Positions 39,603-51,634 of a DNA stretch of 64,000 nt are shown one piece after another (the first letter of the stretch is position 1; each line of letters starts with the position of its first letter). Position numbers and translations under genes: made by a program. The DNA lies in the NCBI RefSeq assembly GCF_964204645.1, contig NC_134026.1, forward strand, positions 7,773,950 through 7,837,949, written 5' to 3'. The notes beneath the pieces were generated by a model that saw only the letters and a list, made by a program, of their open reading frames with translations, searched no databases and was not told the DNA's origin. Origin of the DNA: Tubulanus polymorphus (taxonomy: Eukaryota; Animalia; Nemertea).

Positions 39603-40950
39603 TAACTCGAGAATTAACTCGAGACCAGAATCGAAAATTTCTGGAGTGCTATGGCGTCCTCAGGTTTAATTGTTGGACCATTGGTCAGCTTATCGACGTA
39701 TGCCGCTGCAATTTTGTAACTTTCTCCGTATCGACGTTCTAATGCTTTTAGCGCTAGCGGTAGGCCCTCATCCGGGCACATACTTAAACAAGAAAATTAA
39801 TTTTAGAAAATTATTTGACGCCTGCGAAAAAAATGTAGAATTTCTGGGCTAAGCTAATGTGGAATTGCAAATTTGAAATCGAAGTTTTAAGAAATTTGGG
39901 GAATGATGAGATTTGGCGATTGGGTAGATGATACAGGTCTTCGACTCTAGTAGTGGTTTAAATTTTTTTATTGAAAATTCTAGATAATTGATCGCGAACT
40001 TGCGACCGACTTCATTTACTTATGCCTCTAAGCTGGTCTGCAACTTCATTGCCTCCATGGTTGAAGAAAGAGCTCTTCTGATGTCTGCTTCATCATGACT
40101 TCGAGCATATCCTGTGGCCTAGCCAGCCGGCCCGGTCCCGGGCCACGGGTTTGGCTGTCACTCGATATCCTAGAGTCTTGAGTCTGGGTGGGTTGACATT
40201 GTAGTAGACATTGTCATTTAAAATAACATGCTTATGTTGTTCTGTATGAATTACCCGTGTGTCATGTATGTTGTAATAATTTATTCTAAAATTTGTATTT
40301 ATTGAATTTGGGAATTTTATCCCGGAATTTCAATGTAATAAGGATCAATAAAGAATTGAATTGAATTGTCACCTAATACACATGCCATCAGAGGACGCGG
40401 AGCCGTATATGACAGCTATACTATTATAAATCGCTAATCTCACGAAACCTGCATACTCCTAATATCAAACATATTTTCTAAAACGTTTGAATATTGAAAT
40501 TATATGTTTACACATTTTCATATTGACCGCTTGTAGCCGCTGATGAAATTCACGCCGGCCTACACACATCGTAGATAGCTTCGTCATTCCACCGGCATGC
40601 CCACGTCAGGGTCTGACTTTTATATCAGACTTCCAAATCGTGTATACATCCGCCATTTAACCGAATAATCCGATTTACTTATCATTTCTATTTATGCCTG
40701 CCGCTTCTGATATAATCATACATCCTTTACTATTACAATACGTCTTCTCATGATATTCAATGCAATATAACATTTCGACGTTCAAATATAGGTCATTATA
40801 TAATCACAGGAAGCCATCTACATCTATGTCAATAATATTTTGCCAGATAGCTTGTTTGTGTACACATAGACCTGTGACGTTTTGCACATCGATTTACGGC
40901 TGTCGGTGTAAAATGACGCTGAATGGTTAACATTGTTTAGGTTTCATAAT
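39603..40950. other. Foreign sequence replacing the middle of BEL gag; includes a LINE-like 3' tail
   Basis: No gag-like frame; AATAAAG(AATTG)3 near 40347-40368. Confidence 0.5.
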
Positions 40951-41860
40951 GGTAACGTTTTATAAGGCGTCAAAAAACTTTTTACGAGTTCGTGCGGGCT
41001 ATCACTAGTATATTGGAGAAGAAGGTACAGCTGAGTACCGCTACTATTTGTCTTACTAGCTATGAGAGTTTCGAAGGCACGCATGAAGGCGAAATATTCA
41101 GTAATATCACCACGAAAAGTTGGCATATCTGGTTTAGGCAGTGTAAGACTCATAGTTGTTTCTCGTTGCATGGCTGCTGTATTCTCCATGTGCTGAATAA
41201 GCTTATTTAACGCTGCACTGTCATTTGGTGTACTACTATGCTGTGGTGCGCTGTACTGTCGATCATGCGATTCAATAATAGGAGTAGACAGTAGAGGAAT
41301 CTCCTGATGGGTAGGGGCGTTCGTCTGTGGGGGCATCCACACTTGAGCATCAGGGCGTAACAGAGACCCCTGTGTACATATATTCGAATTACCGTTCAAG
41401 TACGCTTCGTCGTATACGTTCTGTTTGGCGATAGCTTCTGCCAGCTCAGCCTCAACTTCTAACATGGACATTCTGCAATCCAAATCTAACTTCTCCTGTT
41501 TAAATTTGATTTCTGCATTTAAACGTTGTTTATCAATAGCTAGTTGTTCCTTCATCTTCTGCATCTTTGCTTCTAAGCCGCGTCGTGAAGCAGCAGCATC
41601 GATACGACGAGAAACTAGATCGCTGCGTGTAGTACTACTAGTTTGACTAGCAGAGTCATCTGGCTGAATTTCATTAATAACTGGGGACATCGGCTGTGTT
41701 TTGTCCTCTTTCGGGGGGTACGGAATAGTTTCTTGCATATCATCCAACTGACCTTGTCCTTGACCTTGTATCTCTTCATTTTCATTCTGTAACATTTTTC
41801 ATGTCGTTTTTGAGGTACTCATCGTTACTTGTCTTAATTCTTACTTGTAGCCGTGTTTAA
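40944..41860 (-). pseudogene. BEL gag N-terminal portion (coiled coil plus DUF1759-like), truncated at 41860
   Basis: IQPDDSASQ; LPKPDMPTFRGDITEYFAFMRAFETLI..LLQYT motifs typical of BEL gag. Confidence 0.8.
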
Positions 41861-43156
41861 ACTGTGATGATGATGCGGTCCGGACATTTTTATGTTTACA
41901 AATTTACAAAGCAAAATTGTTGCGTTCAGCTGTAATTAATCCGTTCTACCCGCGGCAGTCGAACATACAATTAAATTCAACAAATTTATTGCACTCAAGT
42001 ACGGCTCTGCATTTGCTAAATTAGCAAAATAAAATCGATACGTAAGCGGGAACCAATCGGCCTCATTGCACCAGAACGCACCAGCTTGCACGAAATTTTC
42101 AAAAAATTTCTGGGGAGGACATAGTCAGTAACCTGTCTGTGGTTTAGTTTCACAATCGGATATTTTCACAAACCACAGTCAGGAATGGGAAGGTCATTTT
42201 TGTATGAAATCTTCGTCAGCCAATTTGACTGACGAGTAATTTGCCTGGCATTTCATTGTCTCTTAAGATATCCGTCTAATTTTTGTTGTAATCGATGCAC
42301 AACAGATTCGTAGTTTGTCTGATACCTATAACACCTCACCTGACGATCTTAATCCATGTGCAAATCGGCCGTGAAGTGAGAGTAAATTTCCGTCGGGTCA
42401 ACAGCTGCCATTTTGAAAATTACTGGAGGTGCTGGCACCTGTGGACTGAGGCCAGGACAACAGCACAAACTAACAAACCGAAACGACGAAATTGAAAAAA
42501 ATTAAGAAATCAACATTTATTCACATTTTTCTTTTACCAGAATTTATTATTTCATTATTTATTATGGAAAACACGAAGATTTGAAATATAAGTTGGAAAA
42601 CCATCAAAGATAAAAATTGTCGTTTCGTCTTGGAAGTTTTATATAAATCCTTGTAGGTCCCCTTGTCTTATCATGCCACATGTGCAATACAGAGAAATGG
42701 TGGCCAATGGCGAAATTGGTGGAGAAATTAATTAATTTCTCAAAATAATGTTGATTAACCACTCGAAACATACATAAAATTGAATTATTTCGAAAGGTAC
42801 CTGTGTTAGTTTGTGAATTAAGCCATTAATTGTGGACTGAAGTGAATATATTTTTGAAGTGTTACTTTTTTCAACCGTGTTTTGGTCCTTGTCATCCCTA
42901 ACGTTGGTATAAGCCCATCCGATTATAAAAAAGCTTACCACCAACGATTATAGGTAACTAACTAGGGAGGACACAGACCCTGCCTTCCTGCCTATTCCTA
43001 AAAAAGGAGCCAAATCGCCTAACAAACGGGTTTGAATCAAGAAAAGGTGGCTACCTGGTTTGCGAGAGGGGTCTGTTGGGCAGGAATAAATAAATATATA
43101 AGTGTAAATAAATAAATATATAAATAAACTAAGCGGATGTTGGACCCAGTAATTAC
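41861..43156 (-). repeat. Duplicate of PITHD1 first 9 codons, 5' region and promoter (copy of 29804-30249), interrupted by a DNA element
   Basis: Near-identical to 29804-30063 (41861-42121) and to ~30056-30249 (42965-43156). Confidence 0.92.
42122..42964. mobile_element. Non-autonomous DNA transposon with 9-bp TSD (MULE- or Merlin-like)
   Basis: GGGAGGACA duplicated at 42113-42121 and 42965-42973; imperfect TIRs TAGTCAGTAACCT / AGGTAACTAACTA; absent from the paralogous site near 30060. Confidence 0.8.
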
Positions 43157-43416
43157 TGTAAACTTTGGACGTTGAACAAAGATTGAAAGCTTCGTTATAA
43201 ACGCTCTTGGCTCTTTATTCATCTGACAAACGAAACAGCATTCATAATAACCAGTGTTGCAGTACAGTACATTTACAATGTTGACTCGGAGCGAGAGAGC
43301 AGAGGTTTAAACACGTTAAGCTTTATATCTTTAGAACACTGAACACAGAAACTTATCCCACCCTATTTCTCTTATCTCTCTATAGGTGGCAGCACCTCCC
43401 GGTATCGTATTTTACA
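43157..43416 (-). repeat. Right LTR of the BEL element (uninterrupted, 260 bp), flanked by ATTAC on both sides
   Basis: ATTAC|TGTAAAC...TTTTACA|ATTAC. Confidence 0.92.
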
Positions 43417-44329
43417 ATTACTGCTGCTGATTCAGTGGTCCTGATGATGTACAGGGGAGTTGCGGGTTCGAAGCCAATCTACTGATTCAGAATGATTGGG
43501 AGATATCGGGATTTCTAACGTAATCTCCTAGTACAACCCTGTACAAATGTTTCCCGATTTACCGCCATCGTAAAAGTTGAGTAACTTGATCTTTAATAAT
43601 ATTACGATACGCCACCATAAAACGATACCGATGACCTGGTTCATCGATCCGATGACCACCTCACTTTGTTGCAACTAGTCTAAGGGACGGTAAATCGGGG
43701 TTTTTCCTGTACATTTTAGATACGAATGTTCAGTTTCCCATGAAATCCAGGCGGTAGGCGAGGCGGTGAATCGGGGGGTTACGTGCGTTAAATCGAGGTA
43801 TGACTGTAGATGGCGATCACGTTAGCAATATAGCCCCACCAGTAAGTTACGGTAAGGTACGATTTCATTAGATGGCACAACGAATTGAATTAACGGTAAA
43901 AGATAAAAGGAAGGAAAACAGATCCATTGCGATATAAAATAGCTGACCATTATTTTCCATACGATGGAATAAGACAGTGATTAAAGGCAGTCGTTGTACA
44001 GTCGTGCCTATTTACGAATCGATCTGCCAGCGATTGGTATCGTAGTATGAACAATAAATGTTGCATGCGATATGGTTCCAATTCTAGCCTACGATGTTTT
44101 CGTGATGATGTGCCCGATGTTTATTATGTAAAAGGTTTTTAATTGTAAAAGGATGTTTTTTTTCAGATTTGTTTCTATTCATCACATCAATATACATCGT
44201 AGCCTACTGAGCAGATAATATGTTAGTTATTTGAGTGATGACTCGACATAAACCCCTATTCACCGCCAAATGAGGAATCCCCAAGGGTGGCGTAAAATCG
44301 AGGTACATGTATGACTGCATTTGAACTTA

Positions 44330-44463
44330 CTCACTGACTCTTCTTCAGCGCTGCAATCACACTACTCGCCATCTGGTGAATTTCTATGCAACTACAGTTT
44401 AATGATGGTTATATCCACCAGATGGCGAGTGTGATTTTAACGGATTAAAGAAGAGTCAGTGAG
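44330..44463. mobile_element. Short palindromic MITE with a CTCF-like motif in each arm
   Basis: CTCACTGACTCTTCTT / AAGAAGAGTCAGTGAG ends; CTCGCCATCTGGTG / CACCAGATGGCGAG internal inverted pair. Confidence 0.65.
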
Positions 44464-44665
44464 ACAAGTAAGAGCTGTCTAGTCAGTTCAGCAAAATTCC
44501 AATAGATGGCGATCATGGCATCATTGATAAATTAGGCGAATGTCGGGGTTCGAGCCCAGAAATTACTGCTTCTGATTTCAGTATAGAAGATGAACAGGAG
44601 GTACCCCGGGTTCGATCCGTAAGTAGACATATTCTGGATTGTTTTTCGAAAAATTGATAAGATAA

Positions 44666-45121
44666 GGGGCCGTGCATAAAGTACGTACGCTTGACTTCCG
44701 GGTATTTTAACCCCCCTCCCCCTTGTACGCTCATTGTACGTTTTTTTATAACCCCCCCCTTGCGTACATACTTTTAGGGGTAACCCCCCCCCCCCCCAGT
44801 AAAACAGAATTTTCAGGAATAATGGTTTAAAGAAGGCAAAATCCACCCTGATTCAACAGAGTTCCTGCTGACGTTGATCAACGATCTTCCATGGCGACGA
44901 AATGAAAGACTGAAAGTGGGGAATTCCCGAGATCCAAATATAATATATTGAATGCAACAAACCCAGGGAGACCGGTTTCGCAATTAAGGCAGTGTTTGCT
45001 CCCCCTTGGAAAGTATGTACGTTTTTAGCTGACCCCTCCACTCCCTCTGTACGCTTTTGTACGGATTTTAAGAACCCCTCCCCCCACCCCCTACGGACGT
45101 ACGTACTTTATGCACGGCCCC
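44666..45121. mobile_element. Second copy of the Harbinger MITE (inverted relative to 38537-39057, with an internal deletion)
   Basis: Same TIRs; TAA TSD. Confidence 0.92.
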
Positions 45122-45885
45122 TAACGCACACAAGACAGCAACATTTGTCTTTTTATTCCGCATTGTTTTAGAAACTTGTTAATTGCTCATTTATTTTAGT
45201 AAGGCATTTAAATCTAAAACGTATCGCTAGCCATCATAAAATTCTTTTAAAATTTTCTCATGTATAATTCGTTGACGTAAAGCATCGAATTGGAATCCTC
45301 GCATGCCAGGGTAAGAATGATAACTTCACATGCGGGGTATGAAACATCGCGTGGACTAAATGTACAATTTCATGTGCCGAACACCAGGATTCGCAGTTTC
45401 ACAGACACGATCAACTTTTTAACTGTAGGGGATGACTGCACAAGGCGGTTGACTGATGACATCCCACACATCAGTTAGATTCCGTATCAACGCGTATACT
45501 TATTGTATTTTCTTAATTGTTTCGAGGACATCTTTACGCATCTTTTATCTAATCAATTATTCCACAAAAATTAATCATCATTATATCTTATATACTATTT
45601 CATCATATACTAGCAGGAAACTCGTCTTTGTCGGAAATATCGAAATATGGTTAGTTTTGGATACATTGTATCGAGGAATATAATTTTATGATCTTAATAT
45701 TATGGAAAATAAAGGAGCGACATAGCTACTGTCAGATAGATTCTATTATCCATTTTTTCAACTAGCTAAGCGCCACACAGGGCAGGATAAAAAATTTAAC
45801 AATTCCTTAATCATTTCTTCAGGGCAAATTTTCCTGTTTAAGACGCTTCGAGTTGTATGGAGCGAAACAAATTTGTAATAAATGG

Positions 45886-46833
45886 TTATTTTACTGAATT
45901 TCTACAGCGGATTTTCATACAGAAATATTCACGAATTTCTCGTCCCAGTAAAAGATATATGTAGAAATTTACCATGTAGTTGCAAACATGGAATTGTGTG
46001 AAAATGTCATATAGAAAATATTTTTGTTCCGATGAGATTGGTAAAAATACAGTAATAGTGGATGGAAGTGTAAATATTGCAAATGCTAGTGAAACTGTTA
46101 CGAGCATTATTGTTGTACGTTTCGATTTTGTAGTTTTCTGATCAGATGAAACCATTTTTGAACCTCTGAATAATTGAACTATTATAACAGCATTTGAAAT
46201 TATAATAAATGTTAACGGTAGAATGTACGCGTAGATAACAAATGTGGAGAAATATGTTATTTGGTCGATTAATCTATTGTAACATCCGAACGTTGGATCC
46301 TTAAAATAGATCGAAAAAGTTGGTAGAAGATTTAGAACCAATGCATTCACTGCGGTAATTATCAACATAGCAAATCTAGAGAAACTCGGTGTACATACCA
46401 AACGAGATGTGAACGGGAAGAGCACAACTGCAGCACGTTCCAGGGATATTGCTACTATTAACCACGAACTATTGGCAAATGCAAGTGCCAATACAAATTC
46501 ATATATTTGACAACTGATCACTGAATTTATGATAAATATAGGACCATATTTTACATGAAAGAGAACAAACTGTGAAACAGGTATTAGTGTATAATTGAGA
46601 CAGTTCAAGGAATCGCAGACCGACAAAACGATAAGATAGTTAGCGTAAGATAAACTGCGGAATCTGCGGCTCATCATTATCAGGAAAGTAGCTGAATTCC
46701 CGAAGGCCCCGAACAGAAACAAGACAGGCAGAACGACCAATGACACTGTTAGATGGGTTCCAGATCTGTCCACCACAGACATGAGAACGATGTAACTGTA
46801 CGTTCGACTGGTTTGAATCTGAGTTAAATTCAT
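45886..46833 (-). CDS. Intronless class A (rhodopsin-like) GPCR, peptide-receptor-like/chemoreceptor expansion type, copy 1
   Basis: Seven hydrophobic segments; GN (TM1), LSVCD (TM2), SLER (DRY-equivalent), ECL2 Cys, LP (TM5/6), NFYIY (NPxxY-equivalent). Confidence 0.88.
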   Translation of the reverse strand: MNLTQIQTSRTYSYIVLMSVVDRSGTHLTVSLVVLPVLFLFGAFGNSATFLIMMSRRFRSLSYANYLIVLSVCDSLNCLNYTLIPVSQFVLFHVKYGPIFIINSVISCQIYEFVLALAFANSSWLIVAISLERAAVVLFPFTSRLVCTPSFSRFAMLIITAVNALVLNLLPTFSIYFKDPTFGCYNRLIDQITYFSTFVIYAYILPLTFIIISNAVIIVQLFRGSKMVSSDQKTTKSKRTTIMLVTVSLAFAIFTLPSTITVFLPISSEQKYFLYDIFTQFHVCNYMVNFYIYLLLGREIREYFCMKIRCRNSVK

Positions 46834-46854
46834 GATGCATCAGTGTGTAATGAC

Positions 46855-46935
46855 TGTCTGGAAGTGTGCTGACTGTCTGAGAGTGTGCTGACTGTCTGAG
46901 TGTGCTGACTGTCTGAGGGTGTGCTGACTGTCAGA
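46855..46935. repeat. Short tandem repeat (GTGTGCTGACTGTCTGAG)n just upstream of the GPCR ATG; shorter versions in units 2 and 3
   Basis: About 4 copies read directly. Confidence 0.75.
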
Positions 46936-47280
46936 GAATGTTCTGGCACTGACCGTGTCTTCTCGTGTATTGGAAAATTGATTCAACTTTCGTACGAAGA
47001 TATTACGAAAGGCTTTATTACTGTTAAAATTCATTTGTATTAGAATTTTTGTTTATAGCGCATGAAAGAAAGTTTATTATTGCATAACATGTTCATTTAA
47101 CTAAATTGAATATAAATATTTGTTGAACAAGAATTCATTGTAAATGGTAAAATATCTTAACAGGTTGGGAGATATCAGTTCTGTACAGGGAAAACAGTTC
47201 ATTATCTAGCCTCATGAACAGTAGCCAGGAGTTCTCAAAAGGAGTTCATTAAAGTGTAGATTCAAACCAGGCACCTTCTG

Positions 47281-47918
47281 GGGCCGGTGGCTCAAAGGTT
47301 GGTTAAGATAACCAGTGGATAGGTTTTTACTACCAGTTAAGAACTTATCCACCGGTTAGTTAACCACTAGTTAAATTCAGTTGCTCCAAACCTCGGTTAG
47401 GCCGCGGTTTGCTAACCGGTGGTTAAAGTTCCTTAACCAGTGGTTAAATCATTTATCCACTGGTTAGCCTCTTTTTCATTTGCCCAGCCTCACTCTGAAA
47501 TTGGTCCCTCATATCATCAAAATGGAGTCTGTTTTGATTAATAATGGCAAGAAAATTTAAAAAGCCAATTTTACAGAAAAATATTGCAATGCTTGGTTGA
47601 AATGTTATATTCTAGCGTGACTTCTACATCTGTGGCTCCTCGCGTAAAAGTTGATCAGCTATAAAGTTTATTCCATCTCTTTCAAAACGCAATCTTTCTC
47701 TTAAACATTCATCCGCAAATTGATTTAGATGCTCGAATCACTGTAGATTTACTCTGTTGTAGCCGAATGCAGGCAGTAAAAAACTACGCTGGCCATTTAA
47801 CCACTGATTAAGAACTTAACATAGTCCCATGGGTCGTTTAACTTTAAACAATGGTTAGGGTAAATTTTTGAGCAACCCGATCAAACCGACGGTTAACCAA
47901 CCTTTGACCAACCGGCCC
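47281..47918. mobile_element. PIF/Harbinger MITE (complete here; left-truncated copies at ~56748-57308 and ~63047-63552)
   Basis: TIRs GGGCCGGTGGCTCAAAGGTTGGTTAA / TTAACCAACCTTTGACCAACCGGCCC; CTG TSD; internal AACCAGTGGTT subrepeats. Confidence 0.85.
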
Positions 47919-49593
47919 CTGCATGCTAACTAGCGTGCACAGTAACCATTATTACATTTGCTAAAATGTTGGCTATAAGATAACTATCGGGTAAATGCGG
48001 TGGTAACAATGGACTTAGATTGTCACTAGGTTGATCAACTTTTTGAGCAACTGCAGCTCCGAACATAAATGACCGACAAAGATTTGAAGATTGTGTCGGT
48101 GAAGTCTAATGAAAACATGACATTATTCTGTAAAATGATGTTTTGTCGGAATGTAGGAAAAATGGCCGAGGTATTCACCTATGGGAAATAAATGGCCAAG
48201 GAAATTCATGAGATGAAACTAACTACTGGCCAAGTCCAATACGCAGCATTATAGTGCAGAGCTCAGACCACTATTCCAAAATCTTGTATATCCTTTAGTA
48301 AAAACAAGAAATTCGAGATTTTAGTTCATATCTAAGCGCATAGATTCAGGGGGAATCCTGCTTACGGCTCATAGGCCAGCATCTTAGCTACGCATTGAAG
48401 TGGTTTTCGCCCCACAAACCCAACCTAACTTTTGAAATAATCAACAAACCTTTAGAAAGGAGGGATTTCCCAGTACAGCTATGCCACTACATATCGAAGG
48501 TTATCCCCCACTGTGTTTGGTACCCGCTCGAAGTAAAAAAAGTCCAGGGAATCCCTTATTTCACCATCAATCCGTCTCTCAGGACCAATGGATTTCATAC
48601 ATATAACCGGAATTCGTTACCCATCCCATTTGCAGAATTATGGCACCATTTATGGGGACCTCTTCTACATTCTAGGTACTATTTTTGGGGTCCGGCCTTA
48701 CGTATCTTCAATCTACTAACCTAATTGTGGTCTTATACCTGTCATGTGTAGAGTTACTTTTGGAAATATGAAACAGTAGTAATATGGAATTAAAAGAAGT
48801 TCCACGAAAATGGATCCTTGATTGGGGATCCATATTCTACAGCTGATGACATGCGAGACCTTATATACCAGGGTGGTGACTACAGGACGGTTTACAATAG
48901 ACATCCTACACAACAGTTAGGGGATGACTGCACAAGGCGGTTGACTGATGACATCCTACACATCAGTTAGATTCCGTCTCAACGCTTATACTTATTGCAT
49001 TGTTTTATTATACACTGTTTTATCATATACTAGCAGGAAACTCGTCTGTCGGAAATATCGAAATATTGTTAGTTTTGGATACATTGTATCGAGGAATATA
49101 ATTTTATGATCTAAATATTTTGGAAAATAAAGGAGAGACATAGCAACTGTTAGATTCTATTATCCATTTTTTTAAACACCCTCAACTCGCTAAGCGCCAC
49201 ACACAGGGCATTATAAGCGGGTTCGGTGTTTCTTTTTCCCCAATGGGGAAGAGACCAGAGAAGAACCTTCGACCAAGAAACTCTGTCGCCATCAGGGTTT
49301 GAACCTAGGTTTTGAACCTTCTTTTATCCATCATTCCGACAATACGAGAAGATAATCAGATGGAATGCAGAGTCGGATGTACTAAGCGTACCGAAAACGA
49401 AGACACACGCCGGGCTGGTTCTTTTATTTTACTGCGACCTTGCACAGAACACATCAACTTGACACGGGAATTGGACATTTCCAGTTTCTTTGAAAAAAAT
49501 ATATAACAATTCCTTAATCATTTCTTAAGAGCAATTTTTTCTGGTTTAAGACGCTTCGAGTTGTATGGAGCGAAACAAATTTGTAATAAATGG

Positions 49594-50541
49594 TTATTTT
49601 ACTGAATTTCTACAGCGGATTTTCATACAGAAATATTCACGAATTTCTCGTCCCAGTAAAAGATATATGTAGAAATTTACCACGTAGTTGCAAACATGGA
49701 ATTGTGTGAAAATGTCATATAGAAAATATTTTTGTTCCGATGAGATTGGTAAAAATACAGTAATAGTGGATGTAAGTGTAAATATTGCAAATGCGAGTGA
49801 AACTGTTACGAGCATTATCGTTGTACGTTTCGATTTTGTAGTTTTCTGATCAGTTGAAACCATTTTTGAACCTCTGAATAACTGAACTATTATAACAGCA
49901 TTTGAAATTATTATCAATGTTAACGGTAAAATGTACGCGTAGATAACAAATATGGAGAAATATGTTATTTGGTCGATTAATCTATGGTTACATCCGAACG
50001 TTGGATCCTTAAAATAGATCGAAAAAGTTGGTAGAAGATTTAGAACCAGTACATTCACTGCGGTTATTATCAACATAGCAAATCTAGCAAATCTCGGTGT
50101 ACATATCAAACGAGATGTGAACGGGAAGAGCACAACTGCCGCACGTTCTAGGGATATTGCTACTATTAACCACGAACTATTCGCAAATGCAAGTGCCATT
50201 ACAAATTCATATATTTGACAACTGATCACTGAATTTATGATGAATATAGGACCATATTTTACATGCAAGAGAACAAACTGTGAAACAGGTATTAGTGTAT
50301 AATTGATACAGTTCAAGGAATCGCAAACCGACAAAACGATAAGATAGTTAGCATAAGATAAACTGCGGAATCTGCGGCTCATCATTATCAGGAAAGTAGC
50401 TGAATTCCCGAAGGCCCCGAACAGAAACAAGATAGGCAGATCGACCAATGACACTATTAGATAGATTCCAGATCTGTCCACCACAGACATGAGAACGATG
50501 TAACTGTAAGTTCGACTGGTTTGAATCTGAGTTAAATTCAT
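49594..50541 (-). CDS. Intronless class A GPCR, copy 2
   Basis: 315 aa, paralog of 45886-46833; TM6 Pro replaced by Thr (FTLTS). Confidence 0.86.
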   Translation of the reverse strand: MNLTQIQTSRTYSYIVLMSVVDRSGIYLIVSLVDLPILFLFGAFGNSATFLIMMSRRFRSLSYANYLIVLSVCDSLNCINYTLIPVSQFVLLHVKYGPIFIINSVISCQIYEFVMALAFANSSWLIVAISLERAAVVLFPFTSRLICTPRFARFAMLIITAVNVLVLNLLPTFSIYFKDPTFGCNHRLIDQITYFSIFVIYAYILPLTLIIISNAVIIVQLFRGSKMVSTDQKTTKSKRTTIMLVTVSLAFAIFTLTSTITVFLPISSEQKYFLYDIFTQFHVCNYVVNFYIYLLLGREIREYFCMKIRCRNSVK

Positions 50542-51634
50542 GATGCACGAGGAACCTATGAGTGAGTACTGACTGTCTGAGAGTGTGCTAACTGTGGGAG
50601 AGTGTACTGACTGTCTGAAAATGTTCTGACACTGACCGTGTCTTCTCGCGCGTTGGAAAATTAATTTAACTTTAGTGCAACGAAATCATTTAAGTCTTTA
50701 TTTCAGTATCAATTTATTATCAAGATTTATTGTTAACAACAAAAAGAAAATCAATTCTTAGAAATCTAACACAATTTAGACTCAGATAATGTCATGAATA
50801 CAAACTCATGATAATATCATGAATACAAACATAACGAAATTGAATATCAATATTCGTTGCACTAAAATTCATTTTATGGTGAGATCTATATGGTAAAACA
50901 TCTGAACAAGTTTGAACTTGCTTGCACAAGTTTCACTTGCTTCACATACGCCCATACGCAGCGAACACACCCAGGAAGAAAGACACTCTAAATATTTGGA
51001 TGGATATATGAAAGCTGTGGGTACTGGAGTGTGTAATGGGTAGTGTAGTGTGATCTGTGTGCATTTGTGGCCAGCACACAGATCACATTGTTCAATGGGG
51101 TTTGGTCTAGGACTCACAAGATTTTCAACAACACGGAAGTAACGTGTAATAAATGATGACTTAAAATTGCATGACTACCTACCACCCCTCATTATTTTTG
51201 GAAAACTAAACGTTCGGCACTGACTAAAAATTAGTAATAACATTTTAGAAATGGCCAGAATTTTAACTTAGGTTCTATCTCATTTTTATTTTACAATTGC
51301 GATTGGTATAATCTTTTTTTAAACGGCCGTTAAGGCTTCATGTTTCGTCTGCAATTCACTGCAAATAGTTACGCAACTACGCACATTTCAGTGTTTTGGC
51401 AGCTGTACACTCAATCGGCACCGTTCGTGACTAGCTTCACTGCGGAATTATCATTAATTAACATCGCCATGTCACATCATCAACTTATATTGTGCCTTAA
51501 AACCCTAACAGCCGAAATAATTGAAATGCACACACGATTCCTATCATTGAAAATTGAGAGAGTGGCCATGTTTGTGTTTGCTGCTTCGCGTAAATCATGC
51601 GCGGTGGCGCAACCGCGCAGAGTGGGGCCGATAC

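Larger units (their letters stand above)
30250..43416 (-). mobile_element. BEL/Pao LTR retrotransposon, decayed, with nested insertions
   Basis: Two TG..CA LTRs of ~260 bp, ATTAC at 30245-30249 and 43417-43421 (5-bp TSD); gag-PR-RT-RH-IN order on the minus strand. Confidence 0.9.

Noticed and set aside
48395-48724. 109-aa ORF repeated at 57786-58112
   Set aside because: TTG start, no recognisable motif in any frame; its recurrence is explained by the recent tandem duplication
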